Positions 25,527 to 38,891 of a DNA stretch of 64,000 bases are shown one piece after another. Where the stretch lies: assembly GCF_018977255.1 (NCBI RefSeq), contig NW_024704742.1, positions 60,638,001 through 60,702,000 of the forward strand, read 5' to 3'. The notes beneath the pieces were generated by a model. It was not told the origin of the DNA. It did not search any database and saw only the letters and a list, made by a program, of their open reading frames with translations. Made by a program: the position numbers and the translations under genes. Numbering within the stretch: position 1 is the first letter of the stretch; every line of letters starts with the position of its first letter. The stretch is from Callorhinchus milii. Taxonomy: Eukaryota.

Positions 25527-26044
25527 CATTTTTATACAGTACACTTAAATATCATACCTAAAAGTGCTTCAAAGAGTGGAAACAAGAGTTATTCTCCAGC
25601 ACTGTAAATGTTTTCCCAATAAGTACAAAGTATTAAAACAGAGAAGAAAAATAAGCAGATTAATATGGAAAGAAAAATGATTCATTTTTCCCTGGCACCA
25701 GCTTGAAACACTTCTGCTTCAATAACATGCTGCATTGAAATTGCATTGTTAAGTCAACTGCTACCCATTCAATTTAAGGAAAACAGAAAAATTAAAGTAA
25801 GGTCGACAAATAATAATCCGTTAAAAACATTGTTGCTCAGCGCTAACTTGGGCACACCTTGCTGGTTGCCAAACCATCATATGCCTGTCATTATCAAATA
25901 AACCCCTCAAAAACATTTAGCTGTGGAGATAGAAAAAAAAGCACCAATGGATGAAATACAACATTTCACAGAAATGCTGAATGAAATATCTCTTAGGTCT
26001 ATGTATGTGATTTTACTGAGCCAGTATCAATCACTAGCATAAAG

Positions 26045-26680
26045 AAAACATTAGCTCAAAACCCTCCTTTTTGACAGTGCCTTTGATCACTCTCCTTTCA
26101 CGTTGATCCTTTGATCCTCGTCCTCACCTTTAAGGCCATCCATGGCCACCATCCCTGATCTCGACCATCACCTTGCCCCCTCCTACCTCTCTGACCTGCT
26201 GACTCCCTCCCAACCTGCCCGCTCCCTCCCTTCATCAGGCTCCGGCCTGCTCCATGTCTTCCGCCCGACCCGCCCTACCATCGGTGGCCGGGATTTTCAA
26301 TTCCTCTTTGCCCCCACACTCTGGAATTCCATCCCACGGTCCATTCACCTCACTTCATCCCTCGCATCCTTCAAGGCCGGTCTCAAGACCCTTCTCTTTG
26401 ACCGTGCCTTTGGTCTCCCTCCCACCTCTTTGCCTTCCCTCTCACCTACACCACACCTCCCCCATGCTTGGGCCCCGACAGCTGACTGTTCAGTGCTTTG
26501 GGACATCCTCCCGACATGAAAGGTGCTCTATAAATGTAATTTTGTTGTTGTTGTTTCCCCCCTGCCCTCCACTGTTCCTGATCTCAACCATCCCAGCTCG
26601 GGTCTGAAAAACGGATTGTCCAGCACCTTGAGGCATCCTCCCAACATGAAAGGCGATATACAAATGTAATTTTGTTGTTG
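26045..26680 (+). mobile_element. L2 LINE 3' fragment followed by a second L2 3' end
   Basis: APSYLSDLL...RPTIGGR...APTLWN...SFKAGLKTLLFDRAF; (GTT)n tails at ~26550 and ~26680. Confidence 0.9.
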
Positions 26681-26828
26681 TTTATTAAACACTCACACAC
26701 ACAAACTCACATTAATTATTACTTAAATTTTGAATTAACATAGCAGAATCATGATAATCTTCATTTGTCTGGAATAACATATTCTTACTGACTTTATTAG
26801 TCCACAACACAGCATATAACCTCGGTAG

Positions 26829-27155
26829 ATAATAATAATAATAATAATAATCCTTGCATTTGATATAGCGCTTTTCACGTCGGGAGGACGTCCCAAAGCG
26901 CTTCACAGAACACACTGTAAAGTGAATTGACTGCATATTTGTGGGCGAACGCGGCAGCCAATTGCGCACAGCAGTGACCCACAAACAGTCGTGGATTGAA
27001 GTGACCAATTTATTATTGTATTTTTTTCTTGAGGGATTATCATCAGGAGGAGTGTGGAATAAGGAAACTTGCTCAACATTTCGCCCTGCGGGGAACTGAA
27101 CCTAGGTCTCTCACTTGCAAGACAAGTGCTCTATCCACTGAGCTACAGGACACCA
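26829..27155 (-). mobile_element. Family A SINE, full length (short, young subfamily)
   Basis: Head tgtagctcagtggatagagcac...ggttcagttccc, CpG-intact 3' half and (ATT)n tail. Confidence 0.9.
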
Positions 27156-27435
27156 TAATATCTGGAGTTGTTGTGATTTTTAAATATAGAAAGGCTACAC
27201 TCATAGACCAAACTTTATAAATGAGCAGGAAGGTGCAAAGTCACTATTGGTTCACACTTGATTTGCATCACTTCTGTTGACAATTATAATAAATGTTTCT
27301 TAGATGAAGGGCTGGAATTTCATTGATTTAAAGCACTGACTGCACCTTGTCCTTTAGTCACTGCCCTGTCCTTTACTCAAGTGTAACACTTACTGAAATG
27401 TTCATGATAATCATCAAATGGAATGCAGGTAAATA

Positions 27436-27542
27436 AACATGTGAAGGATTATTTTGTTGTACACTAATCTTACTTTATCAGATAAGTATTGACCTAGGAG
27501 TACAACAAGATTAGTGTACAACAAAATAATCCTTCACATGTT
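27436..27542. repeat. Perfect 36 bp inverted repeat with 35 nt spacer
   Basis: 27436-27471 aacatgtgaaggattattttgttgtacactaatctt is the exact reverse complement of 27507-27542. Confidence 0.95.
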
Positions 27543-28889
27543 GTCAATAGTTGCAAAAGAGAGAAAAAAAATATTTGTTTGGCACACTGCAAATAATCAC
27601 ACTATGACCCAGAGGTAGCATCTGGGGTGAAGTATGTGAAGTACTGTGTGTGTGTTCAAAAGAATCTAGCTGAATCACTTTTTCCCAACTAAATTAATAA
27701 TTGTTCGGTCTGCAGCAACTTTACACTTAAACTACATCTTCATTCAAGTTCATGAAAAACTAAAATAAGTAAAAGAATACATTGGCAAGATGCAACTGTA
27801 CTTGAGTTATGGACTTCGTCCCCAGCTTAACCACTTCTTTACTTCAAACCATTATCCTTAAAAAAACGTACATCTTGTCCATGATCCATCTCTGTGTACA
27901 GTGCTTTAAATTATGTCAGAGCACTACTGTGTTTACCTGAAACTCTGGGAGCATCTTCAAATTTAGAGGAAGTTACACTAAAAACTATAGAAGTCAAGGT
28001 TGTGATTTGTACTTTCTTTACTCTGGTGTAATTGCGCCATGAATTGGGGTTTTAATGGTGTGTTTTCGTGAGACAAGGATGGAGGCTGGCAATGTGGTGA
28101 AGCTGAGGAAAACCAGTCTTGGTCAAAGAACAAATGTGAGGAAGAAGAGGTGAATGTTGAAGTACACTACATGAGTCTCCCTCATACAAAGGTGTGATTT
28201 CCTTTTGAATCATCTCAGCACCACTTCACTATCAAGAGCTCCAGATGCAGAGAATCCAATAGGCAGCATGTGAATATGTGGTGCAATACTGTACATAGAA
28301 CTGCTGAAAACCCCTTTACATTCCTTCTGGTGCTGGACATGCTATTTGGATATGCTCTTGTCTCTCGGCCAAAAGATTGTGGTTTTGAGGTTAACATGCA
28401 GATAACATAGATCAACCTTTTATGACAGATTATATTTATTATATGAAGGTTAATGGATTAAAGGTTAAATTAAATTACACAACAAATTCTAAACAAAACA
28501 ACAACTCGGATTTATATAGCGACCACCACGCCAGACAGCGTCTCAGTGATATCACCATAAACCATTAGTGATATCACCATAAGAGACAGACAAACAGTTT
28601 ATGAGTTTCATTTGAACCCTATCATGCAAGTTGTGTCTTAACTTTCCTGGCAGGTATTCACTGGTGATTATCATATGTGCAAGATAGTGACTTTCACTTT
28701 CAATTGGTTTCCTTATCTGTGAGGTAGGGTTCGTTGGTCTGCTTGATTTGGAGCATTTCTAATATTGTTTGAAGGTGAAAGGTGCTGTGTGGCACATAAT
28801 AAATGATGTCATCTGTTTTGTGCTTCAATATCAATGTCAGAGTTTTTTAGAATATTGAACTTCTTTTCTTCTGCATTTTCTGATCCTTT

Positions 28890-29205
28890 GTGGAGTCCTC
28901 ACAAGCAAGAGGACCCGGCTTCAATTCCCAGGCAGGGCAAAACCTTAGGCAAGATTCCTAGCAGTAAGTGGGAACCTGGTGGCTAGTCAATTGACAGATT
29001 GCTTTTCCAGATGTAATAATCTCTTCAAAAAAAATGTGGTCACTCAATTCACGATTGTTTATGGGACACTGTTGTGCACAATTGGCTGCTGTGTTTGGTC
29101 CACAGAATACACAATCAATTCACTATATAGTAAATTCCGTGAAGTACTTTGAGGTGTCTCAACAATGTGATAAAGAGCTATATCAAATGCAAGGAATATT
29201 ATTAT
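28890..29205 (+). mobile_element. Family A SINE (internally deleted)
   Basis: gtggagtcc...caattcccaggcagggcaaaaccttaggcaag..., Deu 3' half and tail. Confidence 0.85.
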
Positions 29206-30439
29206 ATTTTCATAGACCTTTTCAATGTACACAAACAAAAACACACCAAAAAAAATCCAAAAGTGAATAAAATGTCTCAAGAATGTTCTTATCCATGCAT
29301 ATGAAGGGCTTTCTTCTCACCTTCTTAGTTCCTTTCTCATACTGGGGCACAGTCCAACAGGTGTTGCCAGCCTTTGGTATGTTTCATGTAGTAAATGAGC
29401 ATGTTTCATGTAGTAAATGTCATCAGATTAACTGTGGAAAGCATCCCAGCTAAACCCAATCTTATCCTTAACTGATATCCATTCACATGTCCCATTTTCT
29501 ATTGGGAGGGGAGGTTTACTATATGGCTCATTGCCATACCACACAAAACAATTATCTATTGAGCTATCAGAGATGGTTTCTCTCACTATTACAGTGGTTT
29601 TGAAAACTCTCTTTGCTTCTCTTTCTCTCTCTCTCCCCCCTCTCTATCTCATCCATTAACACACTTAATTTTCTGAATATGAAACCTGATCCAGCTGCAG
29701 TACTTATAGTGCTGCAAGACACAACCTTACATGAAGCACAAATGCAAGTTGTTGTTGTAGTGCACATTGTTGGCCCAATCTGGATTCATTTCACCACCTT
29801 AGTTAGGATTGTACTTCTCAGACTCAGTGCAGCTGCTTTCAATCACTGATATGTCAGCCCCCAGCATTTCTTCTGATCTTCTTGCATCAACCCAATTGGC
29901 TCTGCCCTCCTCAGCCATTTTACTGGAGTTGTACTTCATAAAAATATTAACCCATTTTTCCGAATCAATGTCAAACTCATCATATTTTTGGGTGCAATCA
30001 TTTTATGCTATATGTTGGGAAAACCACAGCACAAGATATGTTAATAATAACAATAATAATCCTTGCATTTGATATAGCGCCTTTCACGTCGGGAGGACAA
30101 CTGAAAGTGATTCACAGGATATGAATGTGAAGTGTAAAATTGACAGTGCAGATGGCTTCACAACCAACAATTGTAACAGAATTCAGGGTCACACCTGCTA
30201 ACAATAAATTAGATCGACTGGTAGCATTTTCAAAAATGTGTTAATTAACACCAGTGTCAATCTGCCACAGATTGCGATTTTCACACTTATGTTTGCTAAA
30301 TATGATCATCCATCCACCAGAGACACATTCTCTCATTTCAGTCCTGGCTTCAGAAGCGCAAGGCACAGGGTCTTGCCAGCCAACGCTGCCAGAAATAGAA
30401 ACAGCTGCTGAGATTCCACAAGCTTCTCAGATCAAATGT

Positions 30440-31090
30440 GGAATTCTGTAGTGTATTGGTTAGACCACTCGCCTCGCAAGTGAGAGGACCTGGGTTCAAT
30501 CCCTGGCAGGGCGAAAGGTTAGGCAAGTTTCCTTACTCCACACGCCTCTGTTTACCTATGAGCAAGTAGGATCCTGGTTATTAGTCGATTGGTGGATCAC
30601 TTTTCCTTGGGTAATAATCCCTTCAAAATAAATTTAAAAAAATAATAATTTGGTCACTTGGTTTGGCGGGAGAGAGCTTTCAGCCACTCTGCCCCTAACC
30701 TCTGGAATTCCATCCCCCAGTCACTCCGCCTTGCCCCCTCCTTAGACTCCTTCAAGACCTGCTTCAAGACCCTACTCTTCAACCATACTATCGGCCACCC
30801 TCCTCCCCTTCCCCTCCCTTCTCCCTCCCTGACTCCAGCTCGGGTCTGAAATGCTGTACACTGTCCAGCACCTTGGGACATTGTCCCGACGTGAAAGGTG
30901 CTATACAAATGTAATCTAGTTGTTGTTGTATTGATATGTTCTTTGCCCAATTCACAACTGTTTGTGGACACTGATGTGCGTAATTGGCTACCGGATTTCA
31001 CCAACAACTTATAGTCAATTCACTTAACAGTATATTCTGTGAAGTGCTTTAAAACATGTGACAAGGCGCTATATCAAGTGCAAGGATAAA
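30440..31090 (+). mobile_element. Family A SINE interrupted by an L2 3' fragment (30658-30930)
   Basis: SINE head and body run to tttggtcact (30658), then L2 RAFSHSAPNLWNSIP with a (GTT)n tail, and the SINE resumes at ~30948. Confidence 0.85.
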
Positions 31091-32644
31091 ATGTACAGAA
31101 GGATTGTGCATTTTATCAGACAACCATAGGGAACTGCATCTTTGTTTGAGAAATTGTTTATAATAATAATTATAATCCTTACGTCAATGAAACATCTCAA
31201 CTGGCGGCACAGGATTTACTGTAAAGTGCAGTGACTGTGCACTTGTAGGTGAACGTGACAGACACATTTTTTATGAGGAGGGTGTTCACCAGGAATTAAA
31301 TTATAAATTATTTTGAACGGAGCTAGCTTGCAATTCATAATTTACATACCACAAAGTACCCAAAACACTATTCACAAACCACAAGTCACAATTATTTCTA
31401 AGTTGGTTTGCAATTAGCACATGTTAGACCCCAAGGACTGAGAGAACTATAAAAGGTGTACTGGATTTATGGCATAGGTCCTGACATTGCATTGGCACAC
31501 AAGGCAGACCTGTATGATCATGTTATATATTCATGTCATTTTGATATAACACAATGATTAGAACAGTGTGACCGTTTAAGGTTTGATTAAAGCCTTGCCA
31601 AGTCCATTGATCCCTACCTGGCTTAAGCAATACAAATAGTTCCTCTTTCCTGTTTAAAAGCAACTGAAAGGTTGTCTCAGTGCTTATGTAAGATTGGCTC
31701 TGATATTTCCACATTGCCAGGGCACACCCCTAGAAATGATTAACATAATACAACAAAAACAGCAGAGTCCTCGGAATGGCAGGAGGAAGTCCTTGGTTTG
31801 ATACTAATATATTCTTTACCTAATAAATATTTTATATTGATGGTCCCATTTGCTTGCTCACAAAGAATGGTTAAGGGGAGAAAATTAGCTGTGAATGGTA
31901 CTAATTGAATGTGATGGTGCCAGGTCCCAAGTCCAAGAACATAGTAATAATACTTGTGTTTGATATAACGCCTGTACATCAATAGGTCTCAAAGAGCATA
32001 ACAAATAATTGCTGCCAAGTGCAATGACTGTGTATTTATAGACAGATATAACAGGCAAGTTGCGCATAGCAGCAATGTGCTACAAAGAGCCATGAAACCA
32101 CACGTGCGTATTAAAGTTGCAATTCAAAGCGCTTTGAGACATCTCAAAGACTTGATAAAGCACTGTATCAAATGCAAGGATTATTATTATTATTCCTCCA
32201 CAATGATATGCATTATTAGTTATTTGATCTGGTTTTTATCCATTTAGAATTTATTTGTTGTTTGCCTCCAAAAGCATCCTGCATCCCATCCAAACCTGCG
32301 AGGAAGTAGATATGGAAAGATATTAAGGCAATAGGAGATTTCCTAAAATGACGCAGGGAAAGAGTTGTTTAGTCTATGAGGGTGATTGGAGGAACTGGGA
32401 CTTTGTCCATTGGAATAAAAATTATTGAGATCTTTAAATTATGAGTGAAAGGCACTTTATAAATGTAATTTGTTGTTGCTGTTGTAATACAAAAAAAGGT
32501 ATCAGTCAAAAAAAAATGTTAGGGTTGAATTGATTGATAAAATGAGATTATTTGTAAAAATAAATGTGTAACATAAAAGTGAACATATTATTTTCTACTG
32601 GCACGTTATAGTAATATTGACCCACTGGCATATCATTCTTAATG

Positions 32645-33060
32645 GGTTGGGCTTGGTAAACTGGGGTTACATTCCCATGAGCAGAGAAGGTTAAGTGATG
32701 ATTTGATTGAGGAATTTATAGTAATGAAAGCAATTGACAGGCTAGATGATGAACCACTCTTTTCTTTGGTAGACCAATCCACTGCAAGAGGGCAAAGCCT
32801 TAAAATCAGAGATAAGACAGTTATAACTGAGGTCAGGAAGCATTTCTTTATGCAGAGGCTTGTGAAGATGTGGAATGTTCTGCCCCAGAAAGCTACAGAA
32901 TCGTTAAGAATGTATAAAAGAGAACTGGTCAGATACTTGGTAGTAGAGGCATAAAGGGGTATTGCAAAAGAGCAGGCCATTGGGATTAAATTATCTCCCC
33001 GGATCTAATAAACTGTGCAACAGGTTTTAGTGGACTGAATGGCCTCCTCCTATGTTCATA
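32645..33060 (+). mobile_element. CR1 LINE 3' fragment (older)
   Basis: EQRRLSDDLIEEFIVMK...RKHFFMQRLVKMWNVLP and ggactgaatggcctcctcc 3' end. Confidence 0.85.
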
Positions 33061-33454
33061 CATAATAGATAATAATCCTTGCACTTAATATAACACCTTA
33101 CAAGTCAGACAGATGGCCAAAATGCTTTGCAGGATTTATGGTAAAATGCATTGCTGTATATTTTAATAGGAGAATATATGAAAGTTGACTGACTTTCCCC
33201 CCACCCCCATGGCTCATAACCTGCTGCCATTCACTCTCCTAGCTCACACAATGGCCACTGAGGTCAACCTACACTCATACACTCATCTAGTCACAACCTA
33301 GTAGAAACAAAAGGAGTCACAGATTTACTGGAGAAAGAAACACCAAGGGATAAAAAGGACAGAAAATTTAAAGAAGGATCCTCTCCTTTTATACAGAGCT
33401 TCAGTCATCAGAGTTTAGCAACATTTGTTGAACTAGAGTCGGCTCCTGTATCAA

Positions 33455-33785
33455 ATTTCAACTTGTGGGGGAGACCAAAACCAGAGACCATCAATATAAA
33501 ATAGTCACAAATAGATCAAATAGGGAAGTTAGAAGAAATTTCTTCACACAGAGAGTAGTGGGAATATGGAACAATCTACCACAAGGAGTTGTTGAGGCAA
33601 ATAGCATAGATGCATTTAAGGGAAAGCTAGATAGGTACACGAGGGAGAAAGGCATAGAAGGTTATGCTTGAAGGCTTAGTTGAGGAAGAGCAGGAGGAGG
33701 CTCATGTGGAGCATAAACACCAGTATTAACCAGTTGGGCCAAATGGCCTGTTTCTGAGCTGCATATTCTAATATATTCTAATGTA
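33455..33785 (+). mobile_element. CR1 LINE 3' fragment
   Basis: KTRDHQYKI...RRNFFTQRVVGIWNNLPQGVVEA...FKGKLDRY and gggccaaatggcctgtttctg tail. Confidence 0.9.
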
Positions 33786-34544
33786 AGTTATGAAAAATAT
33801 GTGGCTTATTTATAGTAATACAGTAATCTTTCCCTTCCTGTGCTCTCACGAGTAGGAGGGATCAAACTCACAACAAATCTGCTTTCCTTTACTTTGCGGC
33901 TGCATTTTGTTACAGTATTACAGCGCCTTGTGACGTCCTCCCGACGTGAAAGGCGCTCTATAAATGGAATCTTCTGGTTGTTGTATGTATCCTAATATGT
34001 ATATATTATATATAATTTGAATTCAGAGTCTAGGCTTGCACACTAATGTATTGCTGGTGGAGCGCTACTTTGACAGAGGTGCGTCTTTCAGATCATATGT
34101 TATACTAACATCTTGTCTACCTATTCTGGTGGACGTTAAAGATCCGATAAGAAAAGATAAAATAGATCATTCGCTTCAGGGCTGTTTGTGGGATATTGTT
34201 GTGTGCAAATTGGCTGCCGTGTTTGCCTACAAATTCAGAGTCACTACCCTTCACAGTGAAATCCTATGAATCGCTTTCAGGCTTCTCGGCGAAGATTAAG
34301 ATGTTATATCAAATGCAATTTAATAATGAAACTGATTTTCTTTGTATATTGCAGAAGGTAAAACATCATAGTCTGAGAAGAAATAAAGGATGCATTTATA
34401 TTTATTTATACAGCGCAGTTAAGTCGGTCAGACTAAGCTCTTACTTACTTCACGGTCAGATGAGAACAATTTATTTTAGAAATTGTGTTTTGGGGAGCTG
34501 AAAAACTGAATCTGAATCAAATTTTCCTTCCAGTATTAATTTTT

Positions 34545-34748
34545 ATGCTGGCAATGTATTTAACTTTTCCAGTCTGGCTTTGAGTTCAATGAGAGCAGGT
34601 CAGTTCCTATCAAGCTTAAATCAAACATATAAACCGAGGGTAGTTTGCCTATGTATACCAATTAATGAAATGTTTGAATATTGATGGGTAAGTTTAACAA
34701 GTACTGATGACAACTGGCTTTTGCTTTAATATTCATTGCACAGATATT
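34545..34748. repeat. Degenerate palindrome (~200 bp)
   Basis: ctggcaatgtatttaa/ttaatattcattgcacag, cctatcaa/ttgatggg and tcaaacat/atgtttga pair. Confidence 0.5.
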
Positions 34749-34784
34749 CATATTTCTATCATCTAATATTGTTCTCTCCCTTAG

Positions 34785-35555
34785 GAAAGGAGGTATGTGG
34801 GGTCTCCTTGGAGCTGAACTGGTTCTTAGGTGATAGGTTTAGCAATCAATTGTCAGAATCAATCAGTCTCGGTAGTCCAGTTGTGAGCTCGGAGGATCCA
34901 GGGCACTGCTGATAAAAGATCAGCCAACCTGACTCATCAGCTGGATTTGGAGCGGCAGACACCAGTCACAGAGAGCAGAGATCCTTCCCACTTAGCTCCC
35001 TCTTAACCCCTACAAGCCCATGCCATAATCGATAAGGTGGTTCAAAATGTATAAGCAGCAAAAAGCTTTCCAGACAGTGCTCTCAGTGGCAATCTCTATC
35101 TGACATTGCTAACGTAACCCAAAATGTTTTGGATATGTTAGTATGATTCAAAAATTTGAAGTCAGAGTCCCGTTTGGCCCTGTAATATATTGTTGGAAGA
35201 GTGCTATGTTGACAGAGGAGCAACCCACGCAGTTCCTGTTAACCCTACAAGCCAAAGTCGTAATGGGAAAAATGGTTCAAACTGTATAAGCAGTTTAAGC
35301 TTGTTAAAGCAATATCCAGCAATATCCCGACACACACTCTCAGGTCCCCAAGCCTTGGTTCTTGCCAATCTGTGCCTAATACTTTCTGGAATTCGGTAAA
35401 CAGGGTACATTCCTGCAGACAGAGATTGCATTTTCTTTCAGACACACAAGCATATTTATGTGTCGGCATACAGATGTGGAACTCTCAATCTGGTCTTGAT
35501 ATTCTTAAGCATGGTGACACTTCTACACATCTCAGGCACCTGGGTGGCAAAAAAT
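34785..35555 (+). mobile_element. Family C retroposon(s): 5' part, interruption, then overlapping 3' part with A-tail
   Basis: ggaggtatgtggggtctccttggagctgaactgg...; taaccc(c)tacaagcc occurs twice; ends ggcacctgggtggc-A6. Confidence 0.75.
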
Positions 35556-35698
35556 ATTGTCCATTTAGCTGTAGCCTGACTCACTTGGTAGCTTTCCCCC
35601 TGTGAGTCAGAAGGTTGTAGGTTGATTTGTAGCTTAAGTTGGCCTCCACACAGACACTCTGATTCAATGTTAATGGAACATTACTTTGTGACAGGTGC

Positions 35699-36040
35699 TG
35701 TGGAGTCCTGTAGTTTAATAATTAGAGTACTCACCTCACAAGTGAGAGTTTCAGGCAGGGCAAAACTTTGGAAAAGTTTCCTTACTGCACATGCCTTTGT
35801 TTACCTAGCAGTAAGCAGGAACCGGTTGGTAGGAACTGGTGGATCGCTTTTCCAGGTGTAATAATCCTTCAAATAAATAAATAATAATGATAATTTGGTT
35901 ACTTAATCCACGACTGTTTGTAGGACACTGCTGTGCGCAATTGGCTGCCGCGTTTCGCCCCCAAAATATAGTCAATTCACTTTACAGTATATTCTATGAA
36001 GCACTTTGAACCATCTAGAAGATATGATAAATATTATTAC
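35699..36040 (+). mobile_element. Family A SINE (long subfamily) inserted in a Deu SINE
   Basis: gtggagtcctgtagtt... head, body and tail; the Deu SINE head is at 35570-35699 and continues at 36045-36290. Confidence 0.8.
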
Positions 36041-36713
36041 TACTGATGAGCATTTAAACCAAGGTCCCATCTGACCGTTTAGGTGGTCATGATACTTTTC
36101 AAATCAGAAGGAAGTTTCTCCTGGAGTCCTGATCACAATTTCCCTGATATGGTCAATCACTTCACAGCTGTTTGTGGGACATTGTTGTGTGCAAATTGGC
36201 TGTCTCATTTGGCTACAAATACAGTCACTACACTTGATGGGAAAAAAAACTGTGAAGCGCTTTTTGACTTGATAAGGCACTATATTGAAGGAGAGAAACT
36301 CATGATAAGGACAAGTCTGTGACTGCTGAGGTTGTTGTAGAAAATAGTTGATTTCCCACATCAGTGGTGCTCTGCACTTCATAACTATCAGCCATATTCT
36401 GCACTGTCACATTGCTTCTTCTCTGTACTGTGTACATTGACCATTAAATAATATATAATGTTAAAAGCCTATGAGAACTTAGTCAACTAGCAAGTCTTAG
36501 GCTGTAAATCTGAATGACTAAGTGCCTGGAAGAAGAATTCACAAGTACCCAAAAATACTTTCTATGGCTCAATATGTAGCTCAAAAACAAATTGTCATAA
36601 ATCAAAGCAAATGGAAAAGCACAACATTTTTTTCTGCAGGTTGGTCATTAAACTTATGCAGCTTACACTCCAGTGGAATATGACTTTGGCTTTTGGAGTT
36701 AAAAGTGAATTTT

Positions 36714-37150
36714 GTCAGCCAGTTGAGGTGCTCTCACCTCTGAGTCCAAAGATTGTGGATTCAAGCCCCATGTCAGGATTTTGAACACACGGTCAAGGCT
36801 GATACTTCACTGCAATCCTGGGGGTGCACTGCATTATCAGAGGTGCCATCCTTCGGATTAGATGATAAACCTAGATCCCTTTTTCCTGCTCACGTCGACG
36901 TTAAAGTTCCTATGGCACTATTCAAAGAGATAAGCGAGTTTCTTCAAGTATCCTGGCCAAAAATCCCACAGATAAAAAAAATGGTCATTCAATTTCTGAC
37001 TGTGGCACATTGTTGTTTGTAGATTGGGTACCACATTCACCCACAAATACACGATCACTACATTTTACAATAAATCTTGTGAAGCACTTTGAGACACTAT
37101 TCCAGGTTAACAGCACTAAACAGCACTATACGAAACACAAGAATCATTAT
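36714..37150 (+). mobile_element. Deu-domain SINE, near full length
   Basis: gtcagcc...ctctgagtccaaagattgtggattcaagcccc...gctgatacttcactgca...gttaaagttcctatggcac. Confidence 0.85.
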
Positions 37151-37636
37151 TAAGCACTCCAAGACACTACCCCACATGAAGGGCACTATATAAATGCAAG
37201 TTGTTATTATTAGTTGTTTCCAGTACTGGCGTCACTGCTATTTTGCTTTGTCAACCACATCCGCCTTAATTTCCAGGAAGTTGTCCTATCCTTGCATAGA
37301 TTCTAATGGACCATTCTAGACCTTGAATCATACCACCAAATCATAGTGCTGCACAAGACAAGAATCCAGCAACAATATTGTAGACCATTATTTTAACATT
37401 ACCTCTCATCTTGGGGATGTCTTCAGTTCGAATCGGTCATGTTTCCATGACATGTCACTCAACTTCTTGTGACCTTTCCCACAATCGCTTAGTTAATTTG
37501 TACCATTTTTATTCATTTCCCATGTTGTCTACTTGGAATTTCAATGTTTCCCACAACCCCTTCCAGATGGTTTGTGTCTCTCTGACTTCCAGCCTTGTAA
37601 CATGATTTGACATAGTAACAAGAAACTTTCTTTACA

Positions 37637-38215
37637 GAATTATATAGAATATACAGCACAGAAACAGGCCATTCAGCCCAATTGGTCTATGCCGGTGTTT
37701 ATGCTCCACATGAGCCGCCTCCTGCCCTTTCTCAACTAAGCCTATCAGCATAGCCTTCTATCCTTTCTCCCTCACATACCTATCTAGCTTCCTCTTAAAT
37801 GCATCTATGCTATTTGCTTCAAATATTCCTTGTGGTAGCAAGTTCCACATTCCCACCACTCTTTAGGTAAAGAAGTTTCTTCTGACTTCCCTATTTAATT
37901 TATTGGTAACTATTTTATATTGATGGCCCCTGGTTTTGGTCTCCCCCACAAGTGGAAACATCTTCTCTATGTCTAACCTATCAAAACCTTTCATAATTTT
38001 AAAGACCTCTATTAGGTCATCCCTCACCCTTCACTTTTCAAGAAAAAAGAGTCCAAGCTTGTTCAGCCTTTCCTGATAGGTATAACTTTGCAGTTCCAGT
38101 ATCATCCTTGTAAATCTCCTTTGCACCATCTCTGGTGCCTCTTTTCTAAAATATGGGGACCTGAACTGTACACAGTAGTCCAAATGTGGTCTAACCAAGG
38201 TTTGATATAAGTTTA
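37637..38215 (-). mobile_element. CR1 LINE 3' fragment
   Basis: LYQTLVRPHLDYCVQFRSPY...VQRRFTRMI...YQERLNKLGLF (CR1 ORF2 C-terminus), 3' UTR and attctat tail; same subfamily as 33455-33785. Confidence 0.95.
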
Positions 38216-38369
38216 CTTTCAACGCCTTTTCCGAGTGCATCTTGATCTTGATCTGGTCAATGGGGCAATAAGGAAAACGGCATCTTAAATAATAAATTGA
38301 ATAAATGAGGAAAGAAAACTTATAAATAAAAATGGAACAAAACCTTTGAATAAAGTTCTTGCGTGTTTA

Positions 38370-38625
38370 TAAGTTTATATACCCATACGATCCTTGCAAA
38401 ATGATTTGTAAACTGTGAATCCTGCTGGTAGCTAGATCTGTATCAGACCAACTCTCTTGCACTCCACTCAGACTCCACTGATCTTCTGCCAGGTGCCAGG
38501 TAACAGGAGCCTCTTTTGTCTACACTCCAGCATCAGGGAAATCGAAACTGATATTAATGTTCAGAGGTTCCAGAGGATTCACCATTTGCAATCATTTTGC
38601 AAAAACTGTAAGTTATTCAAAGTTA
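38370..38625. repeat. Degenerate palindrome (~250 bp)
   Basis: ttgcaaaatgatttgtaaactgtgaatcctgctgg pairs with ccagaggattcaccatttgcaatcattttgcaa. Confidence 0.7.
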
Positions 38626-38891
38626 TTCCCAATATTCAAAGTTACTTTTCAATCTTTTTATCTATTTTCAGGATTGTTGTATACACACAGTAAAACAATA
38701 ATTATAATAATTATAATAATAATTACCAAATAATAATTATAATTATAATGAATGATAATAATCATTGCATTTGATATCGTACTTTTTACATTGAGAAGAC
38801 ATCTCAAGTTGCTTCACAGGATTTACTGTGAAAAGTAGTGACTGTGAAGTTTGAAGGCAAACATAAATACGACTTGTTTCCTAATTGTGGA

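Noticed and set aside
28070..28400. Two possible plus-strand exons separated by a ~70 nt intron
   Set aside because: Poor upstream acceptor and two equally open frames, so nothing favours a real exon.
28545..29420. Short direct duplications (agtgatatcaccataa x2; atgtttcatgtagtaaatg x2) as a CRISPR-like or regulatory array
   Set aside because: Only two units each, which fits ordinary slippage duplication in eukaryotic DNA.
38500..38615. Exon-like segment ending ACT|gtaagt
   Set aside because: It lies in one arm of a degenerate palindrome and the acceptor and frame are ambiguous.
38695..38765. AT-rich aattataat repeat tract
   Set aside because: An expanded, degenerate tail of the adjacent minus-strand SINE fragment.
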